Below are positions 18,117 to 26,872 of a DNA stretch of 26,996 nucleotides, one piece after another. The number at the start of each line of letters is the position of its first letter. Positions within the stretch are counted from its first letter, which is position 1. Position numbers and translations under genes: made by a program. A model generated the notes under the pieces. The model saw only the letters and a program-made list of their open reading frames with translations, had not been told where the DNA came from and made no database searches. This DNA comes from a virus (lineage: Duplodnaviria > Caudoviricetes), in the IMG/VR virus record IMGVR_UViG_3300020042_008720, positions 1 to 26,996 of that record; one strand, given 5' to 3'.

Positions 18117-18119
18117 AGA

Positions 18120-19049
18120 ATGGATAAAGAGTTACTAGTACTTGGATTATTAGAGACTGTTTTAGGAAAAGGTAAAGGCTCTAAAACAACTATGGACTAT
18201 GCGTTTTATTGCCCAGTATGTAAGCACCATAACCCTAAACTTATTGTTAATATCAAGTCTGGACAATATAATTGTTGGACTTGCCATCCAGCTACCAAGG
18301 GTAAAACTCCTGTATCACTTTTAAATAAAATAGATGCTCCAACAGAGAGGATACTCGAGATGAAGAACTATTTTCAAGGAGACAATACAAGGATTGATAC
18401 CACTAAACCAGATAAAGTAACCCTTCCCCAGGAATTTCTTTCTCTAGCAGAGTCAGATAAGTCACTAGAATCTAGACATGCACTAGCCTATATAAAGAAA
18501 AGAGGTATAGATCAAAATGATATTATAAAATACAATATCGGTTATTGTAAGACTGGAAGGTATAGAAATAGGATAATAGTTCCTTCATATGATAAAGCTG
18601 GTAATATTAACTACTTCATAGCAAGATCATTTGAGAATGACCCAGGACGTAAGTATGATGCTCCTAGTTGTAATAAGACAGAACTTATTGGTCTAGAGTA
18701 CTTTATTAATTGGTCTGTTCCTGTAATATTATGCGAAGGTATGTTTGATGCAATTGCTATTCGTAGAAATGCCGTTCCTTTATTTGGAAAGACTATTCCT
18801 AAGTCACTCATGTTAAAATTAGTAGAATCTGAAGTAAAAACTATATATTTAGCATTAGACAAAGACGCCTTGAAAGAGGCTTTAGATTATTCACAAAATC
18901 TTCTCAATCATGGGAAAGAAGTATATTTAATTGAACTAGAAGGGAAAGATCCTTCTGAACTTGGTTTTGAAAACATGACCAAGTTACTACATAATGCGAA
19001 GCCACTTTCATTTAGTGATCTACTTCTCAAAAAAATACAGCTAATATGA
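18120..19049 (+). CDS. DNA primase (DnaG/T4 gp61-like)
   Basis: Zn-binding CPVC...CWTC, YIKKRGI, RIIVP, TOPRIM EGMFD and LDKD. Start moved from TTG 18102 to the in-frame ATG 18120 (MDKELL). Confidence 0.92.
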   Translation: MDKELLVLGLLETVLGKGKGSKTTMDYAFYCPVCKHHNPKLIVNIKSGQYNCWTCHPATKGKTPVSLLNKIDAPTERILEMKNYFQGDNTRIDTTKPDKVTLPQEFLSLAESDKSLESRHALAYIKKRGIDQNDIIKYNIGYCKTGRYRNRIIVPSYDKAGNINYFIARSFENDPGRKYDAPSCNKTELIGLEYFINWSVPVILCEGMFDAIAIRRNAVPLFGKTIPKSLMLKLVESEVKTIYLALDKDALKEALDYSQNLLNHGKEVYLIELEGKDPSELGFENMTKLLHNAKPLSFSDLLLKKIQLI

Positions 19050-19840
19050 TAGAGCAAAATAAGAATATCCACAAAGATAAATTCTTAAAGCGAATTGTAG
19101 AAACCGATCCTGAACTTAGACAAATTACATTGCATGATTCACGCTATTATCAAAGGTCCCCAGGAATTTTTTATCCTTCAGTTACCACAATTCTTGGATA
19201 CTTTCCAAAGGGTTATTTTTTCGAAACATGGCTTAAAGATATGGGCCATAATGCTGATATTGTTATGCGCCGGGCTGGTGATGAGGGAACTCAAGTCCAT
19301 ACAGCCGCGGAAAAGTTCTTGCGTGGTGAAGAAATTCGTTGGATTGAATCTGATGGTAGAGTTAATTATCACACTCATGTATGGAAAATGATAATTTCTT
19401 TTACAGAGTTCTGGACAACTTATAAGCCAACCCTACTACTATCAGAAGAATTCATGTATTCAGATACTCATAAGTACTCTGGCACTCTAGATCTTTTGGT
19501 TGAGATTAATGGAGAAAAGTGGTTGTTAGATATTAAAACATCTAATAATATTCATGAAAGTTATCACCTTCAAATGGCAGCCTATACTAAAGCATATGAA
19601 GAAAAGTATCTTCAAAAGGTTAATAGGAATGGTATTATCTGGTTAAAGTCAAGTAAAAGAGGTCCAGATAAGACAAATAAGAAGATGCAAGGAGCAGGTT
19701 GGGAGATTATAGAAGGTAAAAAAACTCTTGATGAGTACTTTGATATGTTTTTACATACTTACGAAACATACAAAATCATGCATCCTGAAACTGATATTGA
19801 ACTTCTTACTCTTCCTAACACGGTTAAACTTTCTGATTAA
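19046..19840 (+). CDS. PD-(D/E)xK exonuclease
   Basis: YPSVTTIL, GTQVH, SGTLDLL, LLDIKTS, QMAAY motifs of phage RecB/Cas4-like nucleases. Confidence 0.88.
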   Translation: MIEQNKNIHKDKFLKRIVETDPELRQITLHDSRYYQRSPGIFYPSVTTILGYFPKGYFFETWLKDMGHNADIVMRRAGDEGTQVHTAAEKFLRGEEIRWIESDGRVNYHTHVWKMIISFTEFWTTYKPTLLLSEEFMYSDTHKYSGTLDLLVEINGEKWLLDIKTSNNIHESYHLQMAAYTKAYEEKYLQKVNRNGIIWLKSSKRGPDKTNKKMQGAGWEIIEGKKTLDEYFDMFLHTYETYKIMHPETDIELLTLPNTVKLSD

Positions 19841-19847
19841 TATTTAT
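19840..19847 (+). promoter_or_regulatory. ATATTTAT candidate phage promoter
   Basis: Motif 7 nt upstream of ATG 19855. Confidence 0.55.
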
Positions 19848-19854
19848 TACCAGT

Positions 19855-20640
19855 ATGATTAAACTACGTGACTTATTAAAAGAGATACAGAACCAACCTA
19901 AAGCAATAGTAATGTCTGGTGGAGCCGGTGCTGGCAAATCTACATTTGTAAAACAGATTAAATCTGATCTACAAAAAGCTGGATGGCAAGAACTCAATGC
20001 TGATAAGTACGTAGAGGATCAAGATAGCGCTATGTATAATAACCTAGCTAAAGCATCTAGCCAAATAGAGAAGGTAGACCTACCTAATGCAGTTAAGTCT
20101 GGTAAAAGCTTTATATATGATACTACTGGAACAAATACTGCGAGGGTTCAGAATATAGCCGATTCAGGTTATGATGTTATGATGATCATAGTGTATACTA
20201 ATCCCATTGTTAGCTTTATGCGTAACTTTAAACGTGAAAGAAAAGTGCCAACTGTCGGCGTTCTTTCTAGTTGGAATAAGGTATATAAAAATATTTCTAC
20301 ATATAAAAATATGTTTGGAAATAACTTCTATCTTGTTGACACAGGAGTAACTCCAGAGGAGCAAAAGATGGTTTATCAGTTTCAAGCAGCATATAAATCT
20401 GGTAAGTTAAAGGAATTCTTTGAGCAACTACTCTCTTCTGGACAGTTTAAATCAACCTTTAGAAAAGAACCAGGTAAAGAAAAAAGCCCTGAGGAAATAG
20501 CTAAATCAAAACAATTAGTTGATACGCAAATAGATATATTAGCAGATCAATTTGATGAGATAGAAAATCAAGTAGAAGAGTTAAAGAGTTCAGATATGAA
20601 CCAAGTTGTGACTAAAGCTAAATCATTTATTAAGTCATGA
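19855..20640 (+). CDS. P-loop kinase (zeta-toxin/AAA_33-like) with N-terminal MIKL..LL.E tag
   Basis: Walker A GGAGAGKS, LNAD, IYDTTG, RNFKRER lid motif. Confidence 0.8.
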   Translation: MIKLRDLLKEIQNQPKAIVMSGGAGAGKSTFVKQIKSDLQKAGWQELNADKYVEDQDSAMYNNLAKASSQIEKVDLPNAVKSGKSFIYDTTGTNTARVQNIADSGYDVMMIIVYTNPIVSFMRNFKRERKVPTVGVLSSWNKVYKNISTYKNMFGNNFYLVDTGVTPEEQKMVYQFQAAYKSGKLKEFFEQLLSSGQFKSTFRKEPGKEKSPEEIAKSKQLVDTQIDILADQFDEIENQVEELKSSDMNQVVTKAKSFIKS

Positions 20641-21227
20641 TTAACGTAGAACAGATAGGAAAAGAAATAGCAGAAGCTATATTAAAAGAAGGATCACCAG
20701 ACGTAGGACCTTGTTTTTACCCTGGTAAATTTAAACCTCCTCATAAAGGACATTTTGAAGCTGCAAAGTATTTAGCGTCTCTAAATTATATTAATAAAGT
20801 GTATGTTGTTATATCTAATGTTACTAAGTACGGTATAACTCCTGAAGACTCTCTTTATATTTGGCAAGAGTATCTTAAAGCAGAACCAAATCCTAAAATA
20901 GATTTATCAATATCTAAAGAGTCTACACCAATAAAAGACATTTTTGCTTTTATAGCACAGAACCCAGATGTTGATCCAGTATATGTTGCATCAGGAGAAG
21001 AAGAGCAAAATGAGTTAGGATACTTTGATTCTATACAAAAAAGATTTCCTAATAAAGTAAGGCCTGAAGTTATACAAGATAAATTTGGTAGAATATCAGC
21101 AACTCAGATGAGGGCGACTATTAAGACAGGTAATTTTGAAGACTTTACTAAATTCATACCTGACGCAGCTTATAATAAAGGAGTGGCAAAAAATGTATTT
21201 GGAAGACTACTTAAGATAATAAAATGA
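20637..21227 (+). CDS. HxGH nucleotidyltransferase (cytidylyltransferase-like / NMNAT-PPAT family)
   Basis: PGKFKPPHKGH (GxFxPxHxGH) and ISATQMR (ISST-like) motifs. Confidence 0.88.
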   Translation: MINVEQIGKEIAEAILKEGSPDVGPCFYPGKFKPPHKGHFEAAKYLASLNYINKVYVVISNVTKYGITPEDSLYIWQEYLKAEPNPKIDLSISKESTPIKDIFAFIAQNPDVDPVYVASGEEEQNELGYFDSIQKRFPNKVRPEVIQDKFGRISATQMRATIKTGNFEDFTKFIPDAAYNKGVAKNVFGRLLKIIK

Positions 21228-22120
21228 CGGATAAACAAAAGCAAGATATACTTGAGGATTTTATACAATTTTGTAAAGATCATTTACAAATAAATAAAAT
21301 ACCTCCTATTGAATATACTAATGATAGAGACTGGGCAGTTAAAAGGCGCAGCTTTGGACAGTATAATCCTGAAGAGCAGAGTTTAATAGTTTATACTGGT
21401 AATAGAAATCTTGCAGACCTTCTTAGAACTTTATGTCATGAACTTGTTCATCATAGACAGCATGAATTAGGAATGATTAAAGGAGACAATGATGGTAGTA
21501 CAGGTTCTCCTGTAGAAAATGAAGCTAACTCTATAGCAGGGGTTTTAATGAGAGATTATGGAAATGCAAATGAGCTTATTTATGAAGCAATGCTTCCTAC
21601 TTTAAAACAAATATATGAAGCTGAAAATCTTGATGGCTTACAGATATTCTGTGATATGGATGGGGTGCTTTGTGACTTTGATGAAAGATTCGAGCATTTT
21701 TATGGTGAAACTCCAAAAGAATATTATGCTGAAAAAGGTACTAAAGCTCTTCAAGATGCCGTAAATAAAGTTGGTGTTTCTTTCTGGAGTAAAATGAATT
21801 GGATGCCTGGAGGTCAAGAATTATGGTCTATTATAGGTAAATATAAACCAATTATATTAACTAGTCCTAGCAAGTTTGAATATGCAAAAGAAGGAAAGAA
21901 GTTGTGGATACAAAATAACCTTAACCCACAGCCTAAAAGAATATTATTTGCTCAGACAGGACAAAAGCATGCCATGATGACTTCAGATCCAAAAAACTCT
22001 ATGTTAATAGATGACTATTGGTCTAATTTAGCACCGTGGAAAGCATTAGGTGGTATAGCAATAATGCACAAAGATATTGATAAAACAAAAGATATATTAA
22101 GTAAGTTTAGAATAAAATAG
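21224..22120 (+). CDS. Fusion: zincin metallopeptidase-like domain plus HAD 5'(3')-nucleotidase-like domain
   Basis: N-half LRTLCHELVHHRQ...ENEAN (HExxH plus downstream E); C-half IFCDMDGVLCDF, ILTSP, K..W, LIDD (HAD motifs I-IV, NT5C-like). Confidence 0.82.
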   Translation: MTDKQKQDILEDFIQFCKDHLQINKIPPIEYTNDRDWAVKRRSFGQYNPEEQSLIVYTGNRNLADLLRTLCHELVHHRQHELGMIKGDNDGSTGSPVENEANSIAGVLMRDYGNANELIYEAMLPTLKQIYEAENLDGLQIFCDMDGVLCDFDERFEHFYGETPKEYYAEKGTKALQDAVNKVGVSFWSKMNWMPGGQELWSIIGKYKPIILTSPSKFEYAKEGKKLWIQNNLNPQPKRILFAQTGQKHAMMTSDPKNSMLIDDYWSNLAPWKALGGIAIMHKDIDKTKDILSKFRIK

Positions 22121-22124
22121 GTTT

Positions 22125-22703
22125 ATGGAAGCACAAGAATCTTCGTTAAAGAAAGAGTTTTCAAAAAAAGACGTTCAAAGGATGAGAAACATTATTACCG
22201 GTAAAACTGGTGATAAAACTCAAATCCTTGCTGGCTGGGAAAAGAATCAACAAGATCATAAAGAGGGTGATATTTGGGAAGAGGATGGTCGTAAGTGGAC
22301 TATTAAAGAAGGAATCAAACAGAATGTGACTAAGATGGACAGGATTAAAAGTCTCTCTATAATGCCATTAACATGCCCAGGATGTAAGAAGCCTATGAAG
22401 GTTAATGATGTAAATAAAAAGCTATACTCTATTCATAAGCTGTGTTTGAATTGTGTTGTTGATATGGAAGCCAAATTAAAAATTGAAGGCAAATATGCAG
22501 AATATGAAAAGAATGTTTTGAATCTAAATAAAAATGCCAGTTTAGAAGAGTTTGAAAGAGCTGTTGAACAATGGGCACAGGATACAGATACTTTTGTTTC
22601 TGAAGCTGGAGATATAGAATCTTGGTCAGGTGGAGATAAAAAGAAGATATATGAAGAGATTAAAGTTAACTTGGATAAACTAAAGAAAATAGATATTTAT
22701 TAG
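22125..22703 (+). CDS. Hypothetical protein with Zn-binding motif
   Basis: CPGC...CLNC; 192 aa ORF in the operon. Confidence 0.75.
   Translation: MEAQESSLKKEFSKKDVQRMRNIITGKTGDKTQILAGWEKNQQDHKEGDIWEEDGRKWTIKEGIKQNVTKMDRIKSLSIMPLTCPGCKKPMKVNDVNKKLYSIHKLCLNCVVDMEAKLKIEGKYAEYEKNVLNLNKNASLEEFERAVEQWAQDTDTFVSEAGDIESWSGGDKKKIYEEIKVNLDKLKKIDIY
22693..22700 (+). promoter_or_regulatory. ATATTTAT candidate phage promoter
   Basis: Motif 17 nt upstream of ATG 22718, overlapping the end of the upstream gene. Confidence 0.45.
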
Positions 22704-22717
22704 TAAATTTATATAGT

Positions 22718-24007
22718 ATGACATTTCAAATTGGAAAACATGGTGTAGCTGAAAGAATTTCTACGCATATAAAAAAAGGATTTCAAAAAGAAAACCCAGC
22801 AAAGTCTTCTGCTAAAATGGTTAAGAAAGAGGCTATTGATGGATCTCTTTCTCAATTATATATGGTTCAAAAGCCATACACAGGATGCCAATTAACTTCT
22901 TTAGTTCAGCCTATTGATCCTTTAGTTGGTCTTGGTGGAAGTGAGATTGTTCCTGATCAAGTACATGGAGTATTTCCTGATCAAGATATGGCATTACAAG
23001 TAGCTACAGAACTTTATGAAGCCTATTGTGATGAACAAAATATGCTAGAAGAGAAGAAAGGTAAAGTAGGTGATAAGATAAAAAAGACTATCGACCACTT
23101 AGAAAAAAAGCGTAAAGAGCATGTGGATATGGCTAAAGAAGATCCTAAAAATGCTTCTAAGCACAAAGAACAGATTGTCAAGATCGCTACTCAGATAGAT
23201 GATTTGATGAGTAAGATGGAAAGGATTGAGAAGAGCAAGAAGAATATAGAAAATAAAGAAGACAAGAAAAAGAAAAAAGATCTTAAAGAATCTAGCTTAA
23301 ATATAGGTGATAATTTAAAAGTTGGAGATAAATTTGTAAAAAAAGATAAACAAGTACTAACAATTAAAAAAATAGTAGGTGATCAGGTTTACTTAGAATC
23401 TAATAAATTTGAAGGAAAATTATGGCAATGGCCTAAAGAAATATTTGATGCAGATGTTAAATCTGGTGAGCTTAGATGGCAACCTACGCAAAAAGAATCA
23501 TTAGAAGAAAGCATATTAGGAACTATAGCACTAGGCGCTACAGTGGGTATGGGAATAAATTGGCTAAGAAAGAAAAAAGAACAAATAGCTAAAGCCGAAA
23601 AGAGAAACGAAATGAGTAAATTAGATGCTGAAGCAAAAAAAGAGGAAGAAGCAAGGTTAGCAGCAAGAGAAGCAGCTATACAAAAAGCAGAAGCCACAAT
23701 AAAAGATCCAAAAAACCAAGCAATTATTGCAAAAATAAAAGCTGATAAAGATATTATAAATTTAATAAGCCAAATAGATAAACAGCTTGATCAAGAATGG
23801 AAAGATTGGGAAATGTCAGGAGGCAACAGCTCATACGGTATGGGATATCCAACACCTAGTTGGGGAAAAAGTAATAAAGATCTAGTAAAGAAAATAGAAG
23901 ATAAGATAAAAACATTTGATGGCGGAGAGGAAATCTTAAATCTTATGTCGACTACAAAAAGCGGCTTAGGCGGCGGACTAAAAAACGAAAATAGAAATAA
24001 AAAATAA
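22718..24007 (+). CDS. Modular Lys/Glu-rich hypothetical protein (possible processed head protein)
   Basis: 429 aa; distinct segments separated by MLEE, DLKES, SLEES; one hydrophobic helix ILGTIALGATVGMGINWL. Confidence 0.7.
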   Translation: MTFQIGKHGVAERISTHIKKGFQKENPAKSSAKMVKKEAIDGSLSQLYMVQKPYTGCQLTSLVQPIDPLVGLGGSEIVPDQVHGVFPDQDMALQVATELYEAYCDEQNMLEEKKGKVGDKIKKTIDHLEKKRKEHVDMAKEDPKNASKHKEQIVKIATQIDDLMSKMERIEKSKKNIENKEDKKKKKDLKESSLNIGDNLKVGDKFVKKDKQVLTIKKIVGDQVYLESNKFEGKLWQWPKEIFDADVKSGELRWQPTQKESLEESILGTIALGATVGMGINWLRKKKEQIAKAEKRNEMSKLDAEAKKEEEARLAAREAAIQKAEATIKDPKNQAIIAKIKADKDIINLISQIDKQLDQEWKDWEMSGGNSSYGMGYPTPSWGKSNKDLVKKIEDKIKTFDGGEEILNLMSTTKSGLGGGLKNENRNKK

Positions 24008-24369
24008 TGGAACCGTACGCTTTATTTATTGGTACATTGATGCAAAGCCGTAATCAAGCTCACATCTACCATTTACAAACACCTTCTTTTGCAGCTCACA
24101 AAGCTTTACAAGAGTATTACGAAAAGATTGTAGATCTTATTGATGGACTCGTTGAGTCCTATCAAGGTCGTTATGGTATCCTTCGTGGATATACAATGGC
24201 TAATCAGATAAAAGAAGATGATAATGCTCTTATGTACTTTGAAGGACTTTCTAAGTTTGTAGAGATGATCAGGACCAAAGTTCCGCAAGATTCATATATC
24301 CAGAATGAGATTGACAATGTAGTTAATCTTCTAGAGTCTACTAAGTATAAACTTAAATTTTTACACTAG
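24007..24369 (+). CDS. Ferritin/Dps-like four-helix protein
   Basis: HIYHLQT.SFAAHKALQEYYEKIVDLIDGLVESYQG parallels the Dps ferroxidase pattern HW......H...EE.Y......D...E. Confidence 0.75.
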   Translation: MEPYALFIGTLMQSRNQAHIYHLQTPSFAAHKALQEYYEKIVDLIDGLVESYQGRYGILRGYTMANQIKEDDNALMYFEGLSKFVEMIRTKVPQDSYIQNEIDNVVNLLESTKYKLKFLH

Positions 24370-24794
24370 TGATAAAATGTAAAAATAAACAATGTAATCA
24401 TTCATGGGATACAGAAGATTCTAGTGATCATGATAAGTACATTTGTCATCTATGTGGAACAGATAATACGCCCTTTGAAAGCTTAAATGAAGGAGAATTC
24501 TGCCCACAATGCTTAGCTCAGTATATAAGAGAGCATATTCACTCTTTACAAGAAGCAAAATATCAAGGTAGAACAGTTCAATTGGGAAAACCAATGGCTG
24601 GAGATACAAAGAAGTTTAAGGTATATGTAAAGAATGATAAAGGAAATGTTGTTAAAGTAAACTTTGGACAGAAAGGAGTTAAAATAAAAAAGAACAATCC
24701 TGCAAGGAGAAAAAGTTTTAGAGCAAGACACCATTGCGATACTAACCCAGGACCAAAATGGAAAGCTAGATATTGGTCTTGTAGAAAGTGGTAA
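24369..24794 (+). CDS. Hypothetical protein: Cys-rich N-terminus plus basic RRKSFRARHxC domain
   Basis: GTG start; CxxxxC...CHLC, CPQC; C-terminal VKVNFG...RRKSFRARHHC...ARYWSCRKW. Confidence 0.75.
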   Translation: MIKCKNKQCNHSWDTEDSSDHDKYICHLCGTDNTPFESLNEGEFCPQCLAQYIREHIHSLQEAKYQGRTVQLGKPMAGDTKKFKVYVKNDKGNVVKVNFGQKGVKIKKNNPARRKSFRARHHCDTNPGPKWKARYWSCRKW

Positions 24795-24795
24795 T

Positions 24796-25311
24796 ATGAT
24801 AAAACTATTAGATATATTATTAGAAATGTATCCACCATATAGATCTGATATGGTTAAAAAAGTAAGATACAAAGCTTCCGATACCTGGACTAATGATCCT
24901 GATATAACTGAAGCAGATCCTAAAAAAGGTAGTGGTAAAAAGCCAAAAGGATCAGATCGTAGATTATATACAGATGAAGATCCTAAAGATACTGTTAGTG
25001 TAAAATTTAAAACAGTTCAAGATATAAAAGATACACTATCTAAGAGTGAATTTAAATCTAAATCACATGCTAGACAGTCACAGATTATAAATCTAATACA
25101 TCAAAGAGTCAGAGCAGCTTATGGTAAAGCTAAAGACTCTGAAGTAAAAGCTAGATTAAAAAGTGGATTAGATTATATTGAATATCGTAAAGAAGCGTCA
25201 AAAGAAAAAACTAAACGTTTAAATAAAGTAAAAGAAACATCAGATCCACAATCAGGCAGAGCAGCCCCGTATGGTTCTGGTTATGCTCCTGTTAAAAATA
25301 AAAACAAATGA
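24796..25311 (+). CDS. Basic hypothetical protein with N-terminal MIKL..IL.E tag
   Basis: MIKLLDILLE start; Lys/Arg-rich RRLYTDEDPKDTVSVKF domain. Confidence 0.75.
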   Translation: MIKLLDILLEMYPPYRSDMVKKVRYKASDTWTNDPDITEADPKKGSGKKPKGSDRRLYTDEDPKDTVSVKFKTVQDIKDTLSKSEFKSKSHARQSQIINLIHQRVRAAYGKAKDSEVKARLKSGLDYIEYRKEASKEKTKRLNKVKETSDPQSGRAAPYGSGYAPVKNKNK

Positions 25312-25625
25312 TAAAACTTATTCAACTTCTAACTGAAGCTAAAGAAAGCTTTGAAACCTTTGCTCAAACACGTGCTAAAGGCGCCGCTAAAATTGCAGCT
25401 ACTGCTGAAGAAAAAGGTGGATTGTCTTTATTAACTTGGCACCATTTTAAAGTTAAGGCTCCGTATTACAAAAAAGCTACTGACGGTAAATTTGATAAAG
25501 AAGCTGCTATAAAAGAATTTGAACAGACATATAAAAAGATATCCTTAAATATGACTCAAATTGAATTCCAACGTGAAGTAGGTCGTATGGAAGTATTAGG
25601 TGAACTACTAATAAGAGAAAAATAA
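25308..25625 (+). CDS. Hypothetical protein with N-terminal MIKL..LL.E tag
   Basis: MIKLIQLLTE start; ATGA overlap with the upstream gene. Confidence 0.75.
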   Translation: MIKLIQLLTEAKESFETFAQTRAKGAAKIAATAEEKGGLSLLTWHHFKVKAPYYKKATDGKFDKEAAIKEFEQTYKKISLNMTQIEFQREVGRMEVLGELLIREK

Positions 25626-25650
25626 TATAAATTTATAAAAAGGTTATAAA

Positions 25651-26352
25651 ATGTCATATCTAAATACCCCAATCCCAATTGTTGAGTCTTTTATTAGAGG
25701 AAACTTTCTAAGAAATCAAGAAGATTCTTTTGATAAAAAGTTTCCATGCTATATATTTGGCATGTCGTCAATACCTGCTCAAGCACCATTATTTCATTTT
25801 ATGATGGAAGATGGTGGACTCTGGTGGAGAATGCCAATTCATGCCTTTTGTTGGAAAGAAGATGCTCCTCAACAAGAGTTAGATGAACTTGTTTTGTGGG
25901 ATTCATTTACATATCATGTAGGGGCAACTTGTTTTCCTATATTAAAAAATAAGACTTGTAAGTTCACATCAAGGAGAAGAGTTCAATATTCAGGAAAATA
26001 TTTATTTACCTTAGATTGGGGAAGTTCTGATGACATGAGTGATACAGATTTTGGATTAAGTGAATTTCCTTCTCAACATAAATGCGGACATTTTATTCAA
26101 ATGGATAATGGAAATTTTGCAATACAACCTAATAATAGGTTAGTTATTCATGATCCGTCATTTACAGTTAAACAAGATATTGTTATAAATAGAAAATATA
26201 ATACTACTTCTTGGACGGCAGAAAGAAATAGTAGGTGGGTTACACCTGATACTGATGTTTTTAATTATGATCATACTGACTTAGAATCTGGTGAATCAAA
26301 TAAAGAAAGATCTAAAATATATAATGAATTAGATAATGAAACTAATATTTGA
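25651..26352 (+). CDS. Hypothetical phage protein
   Basis: 233 aa ORF with conserved-looking LWD.F, YLFTLDW, HKCGH, GNFAIQPNNR motifs; function not recognised. Confidence 0.75.
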   Translation: MSYLNTPIPIVESFIRGNFLRNQEDSFDKKFPCYIFGMSSIPAQAPLFHFMMEDGGLWWRMPIHAFCWKEDAPQQELDELVLWDSFTYHVGATCFPILKNKTCKFTSRRRVQYSGKYLFTLDWGSSDDMSDTDFGLSEFPSQHKCGHFIQMDNGNFAIQPNNRLVIHDPSFTVKQDIVINRKYNTTSWTAERNSRWVTPDTDVFNYDHTDLESGESNKERSKIYNELDNETNI

Positions 26353-26872
26353 TCATTCTTTAAGTATTTATAATGTTCAAAACCCTTTAATTTATTTAGA
26401 AGCTAAAAGAGAAGGTGAATCTGCTAAATTCATGTTTGAAAATGGATGGATTGTTTATTATAAAGATAATCAGGAACACTGGTATCAAACGCAATCTTCA
26501 AGACTAAAAATACAAGAAATTTCTAGTAAAAGAAAAAATCAACTATCTAAAATAAAAATATCAGGACATACAGAAAACAAACAAATAGAAACCCCATCAG
26601 ACCTACAACTTTATAATCACGGAAAATTTGAAGACTTTTTTTTTGACGATCTTTTTTGGGGTAGAATAACCTATATAGAAGATCAAGTGTTATTCTCTAT
26701 CATGAATGAAACAAAAAGTAAAAAGTCTTATGGAACTCTTTCATTTTACTACTTACTAAAAAAACTTATAAATAACTATGAGTATTTATATATAGCTGAT
26801 TATTTTGATATTTTTAACTATAAAAACAAATTACAGGGGTTTGAATATTGGAATGGAATTACTTGGAAGTAG
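26336..26872 (+). CDS. Putative aminoacyl-tRNA-protein transferase (ATE1/Bpt-like, GNAT-related)
   Basis: ENGW...SSRL and KSYGT.S...YLYI..Y...YK..L.GFE.W parallel Bpt/ATE motifs RSLGT, YxYLGY, YKxxFxPxE. Confidence 0.5.
   Translation: MKLIFDHSLSIYNVQNPLIYLEAKREGESAKFMFENGWIVYYKDNQEHWYQTQSSRLKIQEISSKRKNQLSKIKISGHTENKQIETPSDLQLYNHGKFEDFFFDDLFWGRITYIEDQVLFSIMNETKSKKSYGTLSFYYLLKKLINNYEYLYIADYFDIFNYKNKLQGFEYWNGITWK

Noticed and set aside
18102-18119. TTG start for primase as given in the ORF track
   Set aside because: The extension overlaps the ATATTTAT motif; the in-frame ATG at 18120 is the more plausible start.
19046-19840. Cas4 / CRISPR adaptation gene
   Set aside because: Lacks the Cys cluster of Cas4 and has no CRISPR context; coupled to primase like an ordinary phage exonuclease.
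19855-20640. Zeta/epsilon toxin-antitoxin module
   Set aside because: No small antitoxin gene upstream; only the general P-loop kinase fold is supported.
18611-24872. Short nested ORFs in the rightward block (18611, 19134, 19178, 20164, 23389, 24106, 24421, 24546, 24578)
   Set aside because: Antisense or out-of-frame shadows of well-supported + strand genes.
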